Origin: a virus
Reading direction: 5' to 3' (one strand)
IMG/VR virus record: IMGVR_UViG_3300012001_000006
Span: 1-64,000 of that record
Length of the DNA: 64,000 bases
Shown: piece by piece, positions 10,016-20,700 of the stretch
How the letters are laid out: every line of letters starts with the position of its first letter
How positions within the stretch are numbered: position 1 is the stretch's first letter
Made by a program: the position numbers and the translations under genes
Notes under the pieces: generated by a model
The model's input: the letters and a program-made list of their open reading frames with translations, nothing else
The model's database searches: none
What the model was told of the DNA's origin: nothing

Positions 10016-10431
10016 CAGAACGACCCTCCTTCTTTGTAGGCGTCGACGCCATGCGCCGTCACCGTGACGTTGTTGTGTATGTACGCTTGCGCCAGGCGGG
10101 CCGCTTCCTTCTCGATCTGGCCCTTGACCATTCCGGCGACCGTATCGTTGTTCGGCAGCGTCTTCTGCACCGCCTTAATTGCTTCGGCGACCATCCGACC
10201 GACCGCCTCGTTGACGATCGTCTGGATATTTTTGTCCGACAAAATCTTGTTCACCGCCGTCTGCGTCATGTTCTTCGCCGCATCATTGAGGTCTGCCGGC
10301 GTGATACCGCCCTCCTTCATGCAGAACCGAATGGCGTTGCGCAACTCTTCACGCGCCTTGCGGTTCGCTTGACCGCGCTCGATGCGTTCATGGCGGGTCA
10401 GCGCCACGGTTGGGATATTGCTGTTGCTCAC
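10015..10431 (-). CDS. hypothetical protein inserted between the Mre11- and Rad50-like genes
   Basis: GTG 10431 overlaps the upstream stop (GTGA); TGATG overlap downstream. Confidence 0.65.
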   Translation of the reverse strand: MSNSNIPTVALTRHERIERGQANRKAREELRNAIRFCMKEGGITPADLNDAAKNMTQTAVNKILSDKNIQTIVNEAVGRMVAEAIKAVQKTLPNNDTVAGMVKGQIEKEAARLAQAYIHNNVTVTAHGVDAYKEGGSF

Positions 10432-11486
10432 GTCACGCTCCTTACTGTGGTGAGAATGTCCTGGCACAGCGCGGCAACCATGCCCGCCTCTTTGTAGCTC
10501 TGCGCGTTGATGTAATCGTTGATGCTGGATTCGAGCGTCGAGCCAGCCTTGAGGGTGGAACCGGTACGGGCGACCGTCGCCACCTTCACGTCGGGCAGTA
10601 CGACGACGCCCTTTGCGCCAACACTCATGAGGTAGGCACGCATCGCTTCCACATCGGACAACTTCGCACTGTTGATCTTGACGCGAACGTAGTTGCCGTC
10701 CACGATCAGCGGCACTTCGTCCTCTTTGGTCGAGGCGTCGATTTCAACGAACGACGGTGCATGAGTGGCGTGCCACTTCACCCCTTCGTCGGTGACGACC
10801 AGGAACCCCGCTTTGGCGTCGATGTCGCTCCAGGTCTGGTGCGTCAGGGAGCCGATCGAATAGACGCTGCCGCCTAAGTCTTTGTGGTTGTGATAGTGAC
10901 CTGCGAACACGCGTCGGTAGCCGAGCGCCGCAAGGTAGCCAGCGTCGAGACCGTGATCGGGCAACCCTGGAATCACGCCATCGATCGGCGCATGAATCAG
11001 CAAGTCCAGATCGGCGCGCTCAGCTTCCGGCGTCGTTTCGATCGCCGCCTTCAACTCTGCAATGTTCGGTATCCAGGGGATGACCATCATGTCGGAACCG
11101 GCGCCGACGTAATGAATGGTCGGCTTGTTGATGACGGTGCAGCCGATGCCTTCGAGAGCGGTGATCGCGCTCGACATGCGGGACGCCTCTTTGCCTTCGA
11201 GGTCGTGGTTGCCGGCATTGATGACGATCTTCATGCCGCCATTGATCAGCGCCCGATAGGTGTCCAGCGTCGGGTTCAGCACCGATGGCGCAATCGAGCC
11301 GCGCACATGAAACAGGTCGCCGCCGTGATAGATCGTGTCGCCGCCGGCCGCTACTACCGCCCCCGCGCAGCGCACCGTCTCGTCCAGTGTTGCGCGCAAG
11401 CGGCTGTTGACGCCCTCCGGCGTGGTCGTCGCAAAGGCAGACCAGTTGTGATTGTGCGTGTCAGACATTACGCCATACGGTTTCAT
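10428..11486 (-). CDS. SbcD/Mre11/gp47-like metallophosphoesterase nuclease
   Basis: SDTH, GDLFH, GNHD, H and GHYH motifs; next to the Rad50-like gene. Confidence 0.92.
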   Translation of the reverse strand: MKPYGVMSDTHNHNWSAFATTTPEGVNSRLRATLDETVRCAGAVVAAGGDTIYHGGDLFHVRGSIAPSVLNPTLDTYRALINGGMKIVINAGNHDLEGKEASRMSSAITALEGIGCTVINKPTIHYVGAGSDMMVIPWIPNIAELKAAIETTPEAERADLDLLIHAPIDGVIPGLPDHGLDAGYLAALGYRRVFAGHYHNHKDLGGSVYSIGSLTHQTWSDIDAKAGFLVVTDEGVKWHATHAPSFVEIDASTKEDEVPLIVDGNYVRVKINSAKLSDVEAMRAYLMSVGAKGVVVLPDVKVATVARTGSTLKAGSTLESSINDYINAQSYKEAGMVAALCQDILTTVRSVT

Positions 11487-11500
11487 AATTCACTCTCCTT

Positions 11501-11518
11501 TAAGTCACTATTGACTTA
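11501..11518. promoter_or_regulatory. perfect palindromic box
   Basis: TAAGTCA-CTAT-TGACTTA directly upstream of the nuclease RBS. Confidence 0.8.
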
Positions 11519-11923
11519 TGCCAAACGATAAAAAACATGCTGTCCAATTACCTTCGTCCGCGTCATCGCGAGACGCCACGCTGGATGCACTCTCAACTCA
11601 TGGTAGAAGGTCGCCCCGCCGGTGAAGTCGCTGACCCGACCGGTGAGGATTTCCCGCGCTATCACGACCGCCACACCGTACGCGGTCATGTCCTTTGGTA
11701 CTGCCCGCGCCTTCAGTGAATACTTGCCATTCACGAAGCGCACATTCCTGTTCGTCCACGAAAACTGCTTTCGTTTCAGCACGACAGGACAAACTTGATC
11801 GATGTCGTTCTTGGCGCGATTCATTGTGACCAGCGCTACGGCATACTGCCCCGCTACGTTTTGGCCCCTCGCTTCATGGTAAATGTTCAGTGCGAGGCAT
11901 GTTGCCGCGATGGTTAGAAGCAT
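11516..11923 (-). CDS. SleB-like cell wall hydrolase (Hydrolase_2)
   Basis: CLALNIYHEARG, AVALVTMNR, QFSW, TGGATFYH and IGQHVFY motifs. Confidence 0.9.
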   Translation of the reverse strand: MLLTIAATCLALNIYHEARGQNVAGQYAVALVTMNRAKNDIDQVCPVVLKRKQFSWTNRNVRFVNGKYSLKARAVPKDMTAYGVAVVIAREILTGRVSDFTGGATFYHELRVHPAWRLAMTRTKVIGQHVFYRLA

Positions 11924-11964
11924 GTTTCTCTCTCAGTAATCTATAAGAACCCATTATAGTGTAG

Positions 11965-11982
11965 TAAGTCAGGAATGACTAC
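11965..11982. promoter_or_regulatory. palindromic box near a minus-strand TATAAT
   Basis: TAAGTCA-GGAA-TGACTAC. Confidence 0.7.
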
Positions 11983-11983
11983 C

Positions 11984-12511
11984 TTATAAAGACGAAATTC
12001 TGCGATTGCCTTTGTTGATACGCGACACGTAGGACTTGTCGATTCCAAACTTTACCGCGATATCCTTATGGAATATGCCATCTTCTATGTCTGCTCGGAT
12101 TTGCCGAATCTGCACGTCCGACAACTTGGCTCGATAGTGCTTTTCGCCCTTCGGTATGGTTCCGTGAAGCTCCTTATCTTTTGTATTCGACACCTTGGTT
12201 CCCCAATAAAGGTTGCCAAGGTTGTTGCAGTCGCGAACGCCATTTCGATGACAGGTCTCCATTCCAACAGGACACTCGCCAACAAACGTCTGCAAAACCA
12301 ACCTATGTACCGACTCCCGCTTCTCCTCGCCAATCTTTTTCAAGGTTACGAAAACATAACCATCTTGAAAGTCAGGCTTCAGAATCTTTTCTGGAATAGT
12401 TTGCGCTGCGCCATTTGACTTTACGATGACCCTTCGCAGGCTCTTAATAACGCCCGTATTGGACGCCTGGTAAAAGCCTTCATAGTTTGGGATATCTTTC
12501 CACTCAATCAT
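11984..12511 (-). CDS. NUMOD4-HNH homing endonuclease
   Basis: EWKDIPNYEGFYQASNTG (NUMOD4), VHRLV...CHRNG..CN.LGNL (HNH) and a C-terminal HTH; AT-rich. Confidence 0.92.
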   Translation of the reverse strand: MIEWKDIPNYEGFYQASNTGVIKSLRRVIVKSNGAAQTIPEKILKPDFQDGYVFVTLKKIGEEKRESVHRLVLQTFVGECPVGMETCHRNGVRDCNNLGNLYWGTKVSNTKDKELHGTIPKGEKHYRAKLSDVQIRQIRADIEDGIFHKDIAVKFGIDKSYVSRINKGNRRISSL

Positions 12512-12514
12512 TTT

Positions 12515-12883
12515 TCACCTCATTTTGACGGCAGATTCGATAAAAGCAGCGCTTTTGGTCGGATCGATTCGAAACTTGTTGAGCGGCAGACCACGCTGCC
12601 GGCAGGTCGTGAAGTAGGGAAACGAATTCACCGTGTCGAAGAAGTCCTCGACGTGCGTCATCCACACCAGCTTCTTCTTGCCTTCCCGTCGCACCACACC
12701 GACAGCGGTGATGCCTTGCGCGCGGCACTTCTCCAGAATCGCCAGGTCGATACACCAGGCATTGCGTACGCGGTGCAATTGCTTGTTGACGCGGTGCGCA
12801 AGGTAGAAGCGATGCCCGCTGGCGGTCTCACACCACACGCCTTGCAGCTTGCCATTGACCGAATGCGGTTCGCGTTTCGACAT
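12515..12883 (-). CDS. hypothetical protein
   Basis: ATG 12883 in TAATG overlap with the upstream stop; basic 122-aa protein. Confidence 0.65.
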   Translation of the reverse strand: MSKREPHSVNGKLQGVWCETASGHRFYLAHRVNKQLHRVRNAWCIDLAILEKCRAQGITAVGVVRREGKKKLVWMTHVEDFFDTVNSFPYFTTCRQRGLPLNKFRIDPTKSAAFIESAVKMR

Positions 12884-13233
12884 TAGAACGCGCCCCAGGC
12901 GCCGGAGTATTCTGATTGAGGCACGGCGGCCGCGACAGCGGGTTGAGCGGTCGTCGCATCCATGCCGTCTTGCTGGACATTCCACAGCGGGTACTTGCCG
13001 CGCAGGGACTTGCTCTCCGTGATCGTCATATCCAGCAAACAGTGAACCTCGTACGCGAAGAACGCCGTTTCAGCCCTCCTCGCGTCGCGCATCCACACCA
13101 GATAGCCGGAGTCTTCCAGGTAGGTCTCCTGAACTGTCTTGCCTTTGTGCTTTCCAAAAGGCACCTTGTCTTCTAGCCGCAGCGGCGGCTGTTGACTGAA
13201 CGTTCTTTTCGTTGGAAGTGATATGCTGCTCAC
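12883..13233 (-). CDS. small protein with PFGKHKG motif (exonuclease X C-terminal-like / DUF3820-like)
   Basis: VPFGKHKGKT...DSGYLVWM; ends WGAF. Confidence 0.65.
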   Translation of the reverse strand: MSSISLPTKRTFSQQPPLRLEDKVPFGKHKGKTVQETYLEDSGYLVWMRDARRAETAFFAYEVHCLLDMTITESKSLRGKYPLWNVQQDGMDATTAQPAVAAAVPQSEYSGAWGAF

Positions 13234-13586
13234 TCTAACCTCCTCATCGATATGACCACACTTTTCTTAGTCGCTACGGCGATATGTGGCCCATAAATCT
13301 TTTGAATATATTTGAACAGTCGTGCCGGTGCCTGTGTCGGATCTTCGCAGCCAACTTCCCGATGGTTGGTCGCCGCGTGTGTCTGACATAGCTCACCAAG
13401 CAATCCTGTTTCAACCTTTGTAACCTCTGCCTTGCCGAAGACTGTCTTCGTTTTTTCATTCATCAAGAATACGGTGTCACCTGCGGATAGTCTCTTGGCA
13501 AGTGCTTGGCCGAGACGGAAGGTGTTGAACTCTCCGTCTACGCCTGTGATTGGTGGAATGAAGCCGATTACTTGAGTCTCAACCAT
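13230..13586 (-). CDS. hypothetical protein, possibly ASCH/PUA-like
   Basis: NTFRLG...GDTVFL...GKAEVTKVE pattern. Confidence 0.55.
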   Translation of the reverse strand: MVETQVIGFIPPITGVDGEFNTFRLGQALAKRLSAGDTVFLMNEKTKTVFGKAEVTKVETGLLGELCQTHAATNHREVGCEDPTQAPARLFKYIQKIYGPHIAVATKKSVVISMRRLE

Positions 13587-13651
13587 GTGTGCCGCCCTTT
13601 TCTATACATGACCATTTGTCAGATTTATTATAGTCAGGGCGGCACTTGGGG

Positions 13652-14731
13652 CTAAGGAGTGATGTCTTCCAACATCACGTTCAATTTCGGCACCAGACCT
13701 TCAGCGTTGATGTAATCGGCCAGCGCGCGCTTGCTGTACCGCTTGCCATCCCATGTGACGTACCCGTTTGCCGGCGCGACCAGTTTCTTCTGATCCAGGA
13801 GCAGGTCGATCAGCGAGTAAGTCGTATCGAATCGGGCCACACCATCCTCGTCAAAGGACATGCGGATTTCGCACTTCTTGAACGGCTTGGTCAGCTTCGA
13901 CTTGATGACTTCCATCTTGATGTTCTGCCCGATGAATTCCTTGCCGCCGGCGACCGTCTGCATGATCTTCTCGCGACCGAGCATGATGCGGTTGGTGGCG
14001 TAGAACTCCATCGCCTTGCCGCCAGGTGTGGTGCGAGGATCACCGAACACGACGCCGATCTTGAGGCGAATCTGGTTCAGGTACAGGAAGGTCGCGTTGA
14101 ACTCTTCGCAGTATTGCGCCATAACCTTCAGGGTCGTGGAGGTGACGCGGGACAGCGCCGACGTGTCGTTCATGGTGAAGGACTCGATTTCGCGCTTGTT
14201 GCCCTTGCTGTCATACAGCATCGACATCGGGATAGCGGACGCGATGGAGTCGAACACGAACAGAATCGGTGCATCGTCAGGGATTGCCTTCGAGGCGCGG
14301 ATCGCGCGGCAGGCTTTAGCGGCCCATGTGTTACCGCTTTCCCACGTTTCGGCCTTGTGATAGAGCCAGTACGGACGCTCGTCGTTCAGCCCGAACCCTT
14401 TTGCCAGGCCCACGTCAAACGAGCGCTCCCAATCGACGAAGCCGGCGACGCCGCCCATCTTCTGCGCTGCGACCATCCATTCGGTTGCCAGTGCGGTCTT
14501 CCCGCTTGACGATTCACCCATCATTTCGACCATGCGGCCGAAAGGCAGACCGCCGTCGTAGCGACCGGACAGCGCTTCGTTCAGTGGCGCGTAGCCTGTG
14601 TCGATGAAGTTGACGACGGCTGCATTGTCGTCGTTGGCGCCAACGGCGCTGTCGAGCGCACTAATCAGGTCGTCGATCGATCCGCCGGCTTTGGCTGCGG
14701 GGCGTTTTACTGCTGGTGTGGCTGCTGTCAT
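13652..14731 (-). CDS. recA: RecA/UvsX-like recombinase
   Basis: GGLPFGRMVEMMGESSSGKT, FDSIA, NQIRLKIGVVFGDPRTTPGGKAMEFYA. Confidence 0.93.
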   Translation of the reverse strand: MTAATPAVKRPAAKAGGSIDDLISALDSAVGANDDNAAVVNFIDTGYAPLNEALSGRYDGGLPFGRMVEMMGESSSGKTALATEWMVAAQKMGGVAGFVDWERSFDVGLAKGFGLNDERPYWLYHKAETWESGNTWAAKACRAIRASKAIPDDAPILFVFDSIASAIPMSMLYDSKGNKREIESFTMNDTSALSRVTSTTLKVMAQYCEEFNATFLYLNQIRLKIGVVFGDPRTTPGGKAMEFYATNRIMLGREKIMQTVAGGKEFIGQNIKMEVIKSKLTKPFKKCEIRMSFDEDGVARFDTTYSLIDLLLDQKKLVAPANGYVTWDGKRYSKRALADYINAEGLVPKLNVMLEDITP

Positions 14732-14740
14732 GGTGATTCC

Positions 14741-15775
14741 TTATTGAAAGTACGACACGAACTCGTTCATGTTCCTCAAGAGCGAGATAAAGTTCAATTC
14801 CTCACAGATATTCGCGAAAGCGTCCTTGTCGAACTTGCCGGTGTCGAGCCGTACATCAGCCTTCTCCGGTGGTTCAACTTTCAGCAATTGCATCAGTTGG
14901 AAATTGCGTTTGTAGATGGAGCGTCCCTGACCAGGCCACGCATCCACCCATTGCTTCTTCAGCTTCGCTTCTTCCTTTTCAGTCCGAACCTCCGCTGTAA
15001 GAACCTGCTGCGCCACCCACTCCTCTTTCGTGAATGGCGATGTACCCTTCCAAAGACGCTGGTGCGCCTTCAGCTTTGGCACGTACTCACCGCTGTCGCA
15101 GCGACGCCAAAACTCGCGAACGCTCCCGAACTCTGCGATGAACTCTGGCGCGCCCTTGTCACCGATACCGCCCACGCCTGAGATCACGTCAGACGTATCG
15201 CCCGTCAGAATCTTTGTTTCGAGGTAGGCGAACGGCGTCAGGCAGCCGGTCTTGGCGTAGAAGTTCTTGGAGTCGATGAAGCGGCTATCGTCGCGCATGT
15301 CGCGCCACCACACTTCGCCGGAGGTCGCTGTGGCACCGCGAACGAGTTGCACCCAATCGCCGTCACCGGTGATCAAGCCAACCTTCGAGCCTGGCGCGGC
15401 AGACAGCTTGCGCGCGAATAAACCGCCCAAGTCATCAGCCTCATGCTTCAGACCGGTCAACTGGCGCACGCCGAGCGTGTTGAGCATCTTCGCGATGTAC
15501 GGGCGCATTGCCTTATAGGCTTCGCGGTTTCTAACCTTCTCGGCGTCAGCGTTGCGATTTGATTTGTAGTCGGGATGCAGCTTGTAGCGCCAGTCGGCTT
15601 TGCCGTCCCATAAGACCATCGGGGTGTAGCGTGGATACGTCTTGCGGATCGCCAGCATGGTGCGAATGAAACCGAACGCTGATTGCGTCTCCATGCCGTT
15701 TGCGGTCAACCGCGTTGTTGCCTGTGCCGCGAAGCCAATCGAGTTCGCGTCAATCAGTAATGTGCTGTTGCTCAT
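14741..15775 (-). CDS. 5'-3' exonuclease / flap endonuclease (T4 RNase H, T5 D15-like)
   Basis: LLIDAN, YKSNR, EADD, TGDGD and GDTSD.I.GVGGIG.K motifs. Confidence 0.92.
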   Translation of the reverse strand: MSNSTLLIDANSIGFAAQATTRLTANGMETQSAFGFIRTMLAIRKTYPRYTPMVLWDGKADWRYKLHPDYKSNRNADAEKVRNREAYKAMRPYIAKMLNTLGVRQLTGLKHEADDLGGLFARKLSAAPGSKVGLITGDGDWVQLVRGATATSGEVWWRDMRDDSRFIDSKNFYAKTGCLTPFAYLETKILTGDTSDVISGVGGIGDKGAPEFIAEFGSVREFWRRCDSGEYVPKLKAHQRLWKGTSPFTKEEWVAQQVLTAEVRTEKEEAKLKKQWVDAWPGQGRSIYKRNFQLMQLLKVEPPEKADVRLDTGKFDKDAFANICEELNFISLLRNMNEFVSYFQ

Positions 15776-15796
15776 GGAACAATCTCCTCAGATGGA

Positions 15797-15827
15797 AAGG
15801 GCCAACACCCGAAGGTGCTGGCCCCTA
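15797..15827 (-). terminator. intrinsic terminator after ssb
   Basis: GGGCCAGCACC-TTCG-GGTGTTGGCCC-TTT on the minus strand. Confidence 0.65.
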
Positions 15828-15840
15828 TGTAGCTTGCTGG

Positions 15841-16701
15841 TTACAGTTCGCCGAGAAGATCATCCAACTCTGTGTCGAGCGCTACGTCAGCGCGGACGGC
15901 TGCTTTTACTTCCAGGTCAGGCACGTCCTCGATGCCATCCGAAGCACCTGCTGGCCCCGCGAGACGCGCAGCGCTGGTTGCTGGCTTGTCACCGCCGGCG
16001 CCTGGTGCTGGCAACAGACCGACGATGTTGTTCACCGCGGCGATTGCACGACGTTGCTGCTCGTCGCTTTCCTGCTTGACGTACTCGTCCAGATTATGAA
16101 TCTTGGCGAGCGATGCTTGCGGCACCTTGTAGGTCTTGAGGCTGACCTGCGCGTCATACTTCGTCAACTTGCCGACGCCTTCGCGGGTCATGATGATGAT
16201 TTGACCGGCTTCTGGATCGAGCGGAGAGCCTTCGCACTCTTCGATGATGGAGACCACCTTGCTGAACACGCCGTACTTCAGGTCGAGGATGACCGGTGTG
16301 TTTGGCTCGGACGAATCCAACATCAACGCGTTGACCAGCGTCGAGCGGTTCGCTTTGGCTTCGCTCAAGACCTTTTGGGTCTCGTCGTCGCTGGCGCTAC
16401 GGCCGGCAACTGCCAGTGCGGCGCACACTTCACAAGGGCGGTCATAAGTCGCCTGAGTGCAGAGGTACACGGCTTGCAGCGTGTCGGTGGCATCTTTAAC
16501 GAAGTGCTGGCCGTATTCGTGCCAGAAGGTCTCGTCGCCGCCGGCGATCGGTTTGCCGTCTTTGTCAATCGAGCGCCAGCCTGGCAAAATGCGGACGCGG
16601 TTAGCACCAGCCTTGAGCTTGACTGTCTTTTCGATCTTTTTGAGGGAGGCTTTCTTGGTAGCGAGGAGCTGCATGAGGGTTGGTTTTGCTGCTGCGGTCA
16701 T
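15841..16701 (-). CDS. gp32-like single-stranded DNA-binding protein
   Basis: RVRILP, H..C...CEVC zinc ligands and acidic tail ELDDLLGEL. Confidence 0.8.
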   Translation of the reverse strand: MTAAAKPTLMQLLATKKASLKKIEKTVKLKAGANRVRILPGWRSIDKDGKPIAGGDETFWHEYGQHFVKDATDTLQAVYLCTQATYDRPCEVCAALAVAGRSASDDETQKVLSEAKANRSTLVNALMLDSSEPNTPVILDLKYGVFSKVVSIIEECEGSPLDPEAGQIIIMTREGVGKLTKYDAQVSLKTYKVPQASLAKIHNLDEYVKQESDEQQRRAIAAVNNIVGLLPAPGAGGDKPATSAARLAGPAGASDGIEDVPDLEVKAAVRADVALDTELDDLLGEL

Positions 16702-16781
16702 GATTGTTCCTTTTGTTTAGATTTGAGGGTTAATGCCTTTGGACTCAGCGGTTACACCTTATCGTTTCAGCATCTACATTA

Positions 16782-16799
16782 TAGCTCACTGTTGACTTA
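16782..16799. promoter_or_regulatory. palindromic box abutting TATAAT upstream of ssb
   Basis: TAGCTCA-CTGT-TGACTTA. Confidence 0.75.
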
Positions 16800-16830
16800 C
16801 TTTCGTAAGCCAACATGAGGCAATTCGAAC

Positions 16831-17658
16831 TTATTTACCTACCAGTGCGGCTGCGCGCCCGAAGACTTCCTTACGACCCTCTTCCAGTGCCGTGATGCGC
16901 GCCTGGCCCTTGAACTCGTCGCGGCGATCGGCACCCAATTGGATGATCATGTCGCGGCGCGTTTTGATCGCGTCGTAGCAATGACGGCGCACCGAAGCGA
17001 TGGTGTCTGCCTCGATCAACCGGTTGTGCATCGAGGCGTAGCGCGGATCGAGGCGAACGGCGTTTTCGACCATCTTCTCCGTGACCTTCTCGCCGGCCAA
17101 CGCCAGACTCTTACGGGCGTCGTTGTACAGCTTCGCTTCGGCGATCTCCACTTGCAGCTTGATGCGGTCAGCCTGGGCCACCGCGTTCGCAGCTTGGGAG
17201 CCGTGAAACGCTTGAATGCCGGACTGCTGCATGAGGCAATCGTCCAGGTTCGTGTCCGAGACGCGAATCTCCGCCTTGAACTCGTCCATGTCGATGTAGA
17301 AGTTGAGCGCTGGCGGCCCTTTCTTCGGTGCGGGGTTCGGCTCCGCTTCAGTCGCGGCTGCTGCTACCGTCGCCTTGTGATCAGCCTCGATCTGTTTGAG
17401 CTTCGCGGCCAACGCTTCCTTCTTGTCAGCTTCGGCTGCTGCCGCCTTCAACTGCTCGGCGGCCTCGTCCGGCTCATCAGCCAGCGTCGGCTTAACGACC
17501 GGCTCCGGCTCTGGTGTTGGCTCCGGTTCGGGGTCAGGCACCACTACCGCCGCCACGATCGCCGGCTTCACCACCATGTCTGCGGTTTCTGCGTCCAGTT
17601 CTGCCATCAGTGCGTCGAGTTCATCGTCGCCAATCAATACTTCTTTTGCTGCTGCCAT
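16831..17658 (-). CDS. UvsY-like recombination mediator with acidic/Pro-rich N-terminal extension
   Basis: C-terminal helical region (KVTEKMVENAVRLDPRY...AIKTRRDMI) and position between polymerase and ssb; RBS AGGGAG. Confidence 0.55.
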   Translation of the reverse strand: MAAAKEVLIGDDELDALMAELDAETADMVVKPAIVAAVVVPDPEPEPTPEPEPVVKPTLADEPDEAAEQLKAAAAEADKKEALAAKLKQIEADHKATVAAAATEAEPNPAPKKGPPALNFYIDMDEFKAEIRVSDTNLDDCLMQQSGIQAFHGSQAANAVAQADRIKLQVEIAEAKLYNDARKSLALAGEKVTEKMVENAVRLDPRYASMHNRLIEADTIASVRRHCYDAIKTRRDMIIQLGADRRDEFKGQARITALEEGRKEVFGRAAALVGK

Positions 17659-17738
17659 TTCGTTCTCCCTGTTTGTGTACTTCAATCGATATGATGCTGC
17701 TTAATGCTTGGATTTGCTACTCAATACTGACTGACTTG

Positions 17739-20700
17739 TCAGCTCAAAATCTCACTAACTTTTTCGAACACCGCCATCAACACCTCACCCTTCGTTGGAT
17801 CGAACGTAATCTGCTGCGCGTTCAAGCCGCACACGATCGAGGCGTCGAGCTTCGGGTCGTAGATGACCTTGCCCGCCAACTCGGCCGTGCCGCCCTTCAA
17901 CCCTGGCACGAAATGCTTGATTGCGGCCGAGCCAAGCGCGACGATGATTGCCGGCTTGATCAGTTCAATCTCGCGCTCAAGGTACTTCGCGCAGCCATTG
18001 ATCTGTGCGTTGGTCAGAAACTTCTCAGACTTTTTGGCCTTGACCAGCGTCGTGTAATAACCGTCTGCCGGTAGCAGGCCCGCGTCTTTGATCGCTTGCT
18101 TGATGTAACCCGCAGCGTCGCCCTCCAACAGCTTGCCGACCTTCTCTTCCTGCCACGACGGACAGTCCGAGACAACCATGAATTTGACCGTACTCTTCAT
18201 CCTCACGGTCGGGTGTGGCTGATCGTGCAGGTCGCAGCCGGTGCAGGTTCGATAGTCCTGAACGACGTGAATGATCTTGGCGCGCAAGAACTTCTCCGTC
18301 ACGTCGGTCTGGCGATCTGCTTTCACCGAGTCCACGATCAGACCAGGCAGAAGCTCCATCTGGTCTTTGCGGCGGTCAGGGTGACGCGCAGCCTTCTCTG
18401 TCGAATCGATCGCCGCGTATGCGCCAACCAGCCCTAAGTTATCGACCACCCGCGCATTGACCTTGGAACCCTTTTGCGCTGCCGACGTTCTGAACTCCTC
18501 GATAGTATCGAAGCGACCCTTGACGGCACCCCATACCGGCTTGCCTTTTGCGTCAAAAGTCAGTTCCCGCGCAGCCTCGCGCAGTTCGACGATGCGCTTG
18601 GCGGCGTTGTCCGAGCAGCCTTTCATCTTCGAGAATGGCATCAGCAGGTGCTTGTTGTCCGGTATCGTGAAATACTCGGTGGACTTGTTGATGTCAGGCG
18701 GCAGCAACTCGATGCCGTAGCCCCTGGCGTCATTGACCAAGCTCGTCAGTTTGTCGTCGCCAACCACCGACAGACAAGCGGCGAAGTATTCAGCGGGATA
18801 GCGCACCCGCACCCACATCGTCCAATAGCTGATGACCGAGTATTCAACGGCGTGCGACTTGTTGAAGCCGTAACCGGCGAAGGCTTCGATCTTATCGAAT
18901 AGCTCACCCGACTCGTATGCCGCCATGCCCGACTTGCTCAAGCACCCGTCGATCCATTGTTGACGCATCGACGCCATCTTGTCTTTGTCCTTCTTACCCA
19001 TCGCCTTACGCAAGTGATCTGCTTCGGTGCGGGTAAAGCCGGCAAGGTCGACCGCCAGTTGCATGACCTGTTCCTGGTACACGATGACGCTGTACGTTGG
19101 ACTCAGCGACGCCTCCATGTTCGGATGCTCGTAATACGGCACCTTCGTACCCTGCTTGATCTGCACGAAGTCAGCCATCAGGCCCGACTCCATTGGCCCT
19201 GGACGGTACAGTGCGGTCGCCGCGGTGATGTCCTCGAACGTCAGCAAGCCACCCATCGCGAGGTCGCGCAGCAACTTTTTCATGCCTGGCGATTCGAACT
19301 GAAACACGCCCGTCGTGTCGCCACGCCCGAACGATTCCATGATGTCGGTCTCTTCGAGCGGCAGATCGATGTAGCTGAACGCGTAACCGTGCCGGTCTTT
19401 GATGTAGCGGCGGGCCAGCTCAAGCACATCGAGCGTGGACAGGCCCAAGATATCCATCTTGACCAGCCCGAAGTCCTCGACGACGCGCTTGTCCCAACAG
19501 ACCACCGGCACGCCATCATCGCTCTCGCGGGTCTCGACAACGGCACGGTTGATCAGCGGCTCACCGGCGACCACGACACCTGCGGCGTGCTTACCGAACG
19601 AGCGCATGACCCCTTCCAGCTTCAGGGCGTGGCCCCAAATGTCTTCGTGCGTATTCTTGAACTTCTCCAGCTCCGGTACGGCTCTGGCTGCGTCGGTCAA
19701 CGAGCAGGACTGACCGTGTTCTTTCGGCACCAGCTTGGTCGCCATCAGATCCAGGTTCGACAAGTCATGCACCCGACCGGCGTCACGCAGGGCAGATGCC
19801 GACGCCAACGTCGAGAAGTTGCTGATACCCGCTACGCGATCGGCGCCATACTTGCCCGCCAGATAGCCGACGACCATGTGGCGCTTCGAACTCATGAAGT
19901 CAAGATCGGCGTCAGGTAAGTCGAGGCGGTCAGGGTTGATGAACCGCTCGAACAGGAGGTTGAAGCGGATTGGATCGACATCGGTGATGCCGAGCAGGTA
20001 CGCAACCAGTGAGCCGCCGACCGAACCGCGTCCAGGGCCGACGATGATTTCGTTCTGCTTGGCCCAGACGACCAGATCCTCAACCAGCAAGAAGTAGCCG
20101 GCGAATCCCATCTTTTTCAGGACGCTTAGTTCGAACGCCAGACGTGCGCGGTATGCTGGCAACTCTGTCGCGGTCGGCATGTGACCGAGTACCGGCTGCA
20201 CGAAGCGGCGCTTCCAACCCTCGATGCATTTCTTACCGAGCGTTTCGAACTCGTTGACCGCCATGACCGGCAGCGAGACGGGCATTTTCTTGAACTCGTA
20301 CTCGCACAGGTTCGCCAGCTTTTCGATGCCGCCCATCGCTGTGCGCCACATCATTGGCTCGTTGACGCCGTTCCATTGCTTGACGCGGGCCGCAGCGCCG
20401 GTGACTCGACGCGCCAGATCAATCGGCGGACGAAAGCCAAAATCCTTGACGTGCTGCTTGACGCGGAACGTGGTGGACATCTTCGATTGCGACGTGATGA
20501 CACCGAGAACGTCCAAGGTGGACGCATCAGCGTCGTCGCGGTACAGGAATGGGTAAGTGGCGACTGTCGCATAGCCACCCTTCGCCGCCTCGATCGCTTT
20601 CGCATTCAGGGTGTCAAACAGCGGCGTGTCGATCGGCACCAGCTCCACGAAGGTCGGGAATTTCTCCGCCAGGTCTTCGAGAATCCCTTTTGCCTCTTTG

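Noticed and set aside
15700-16818. Long plus-strand ORFs (for example 15700-16818, 18957-19919, 36795-37847, 60387-61523)
   Set aside because: They are antisense shadows of well-supported minus-strand genes in GC-rich DNA, with no recognisable motifs.
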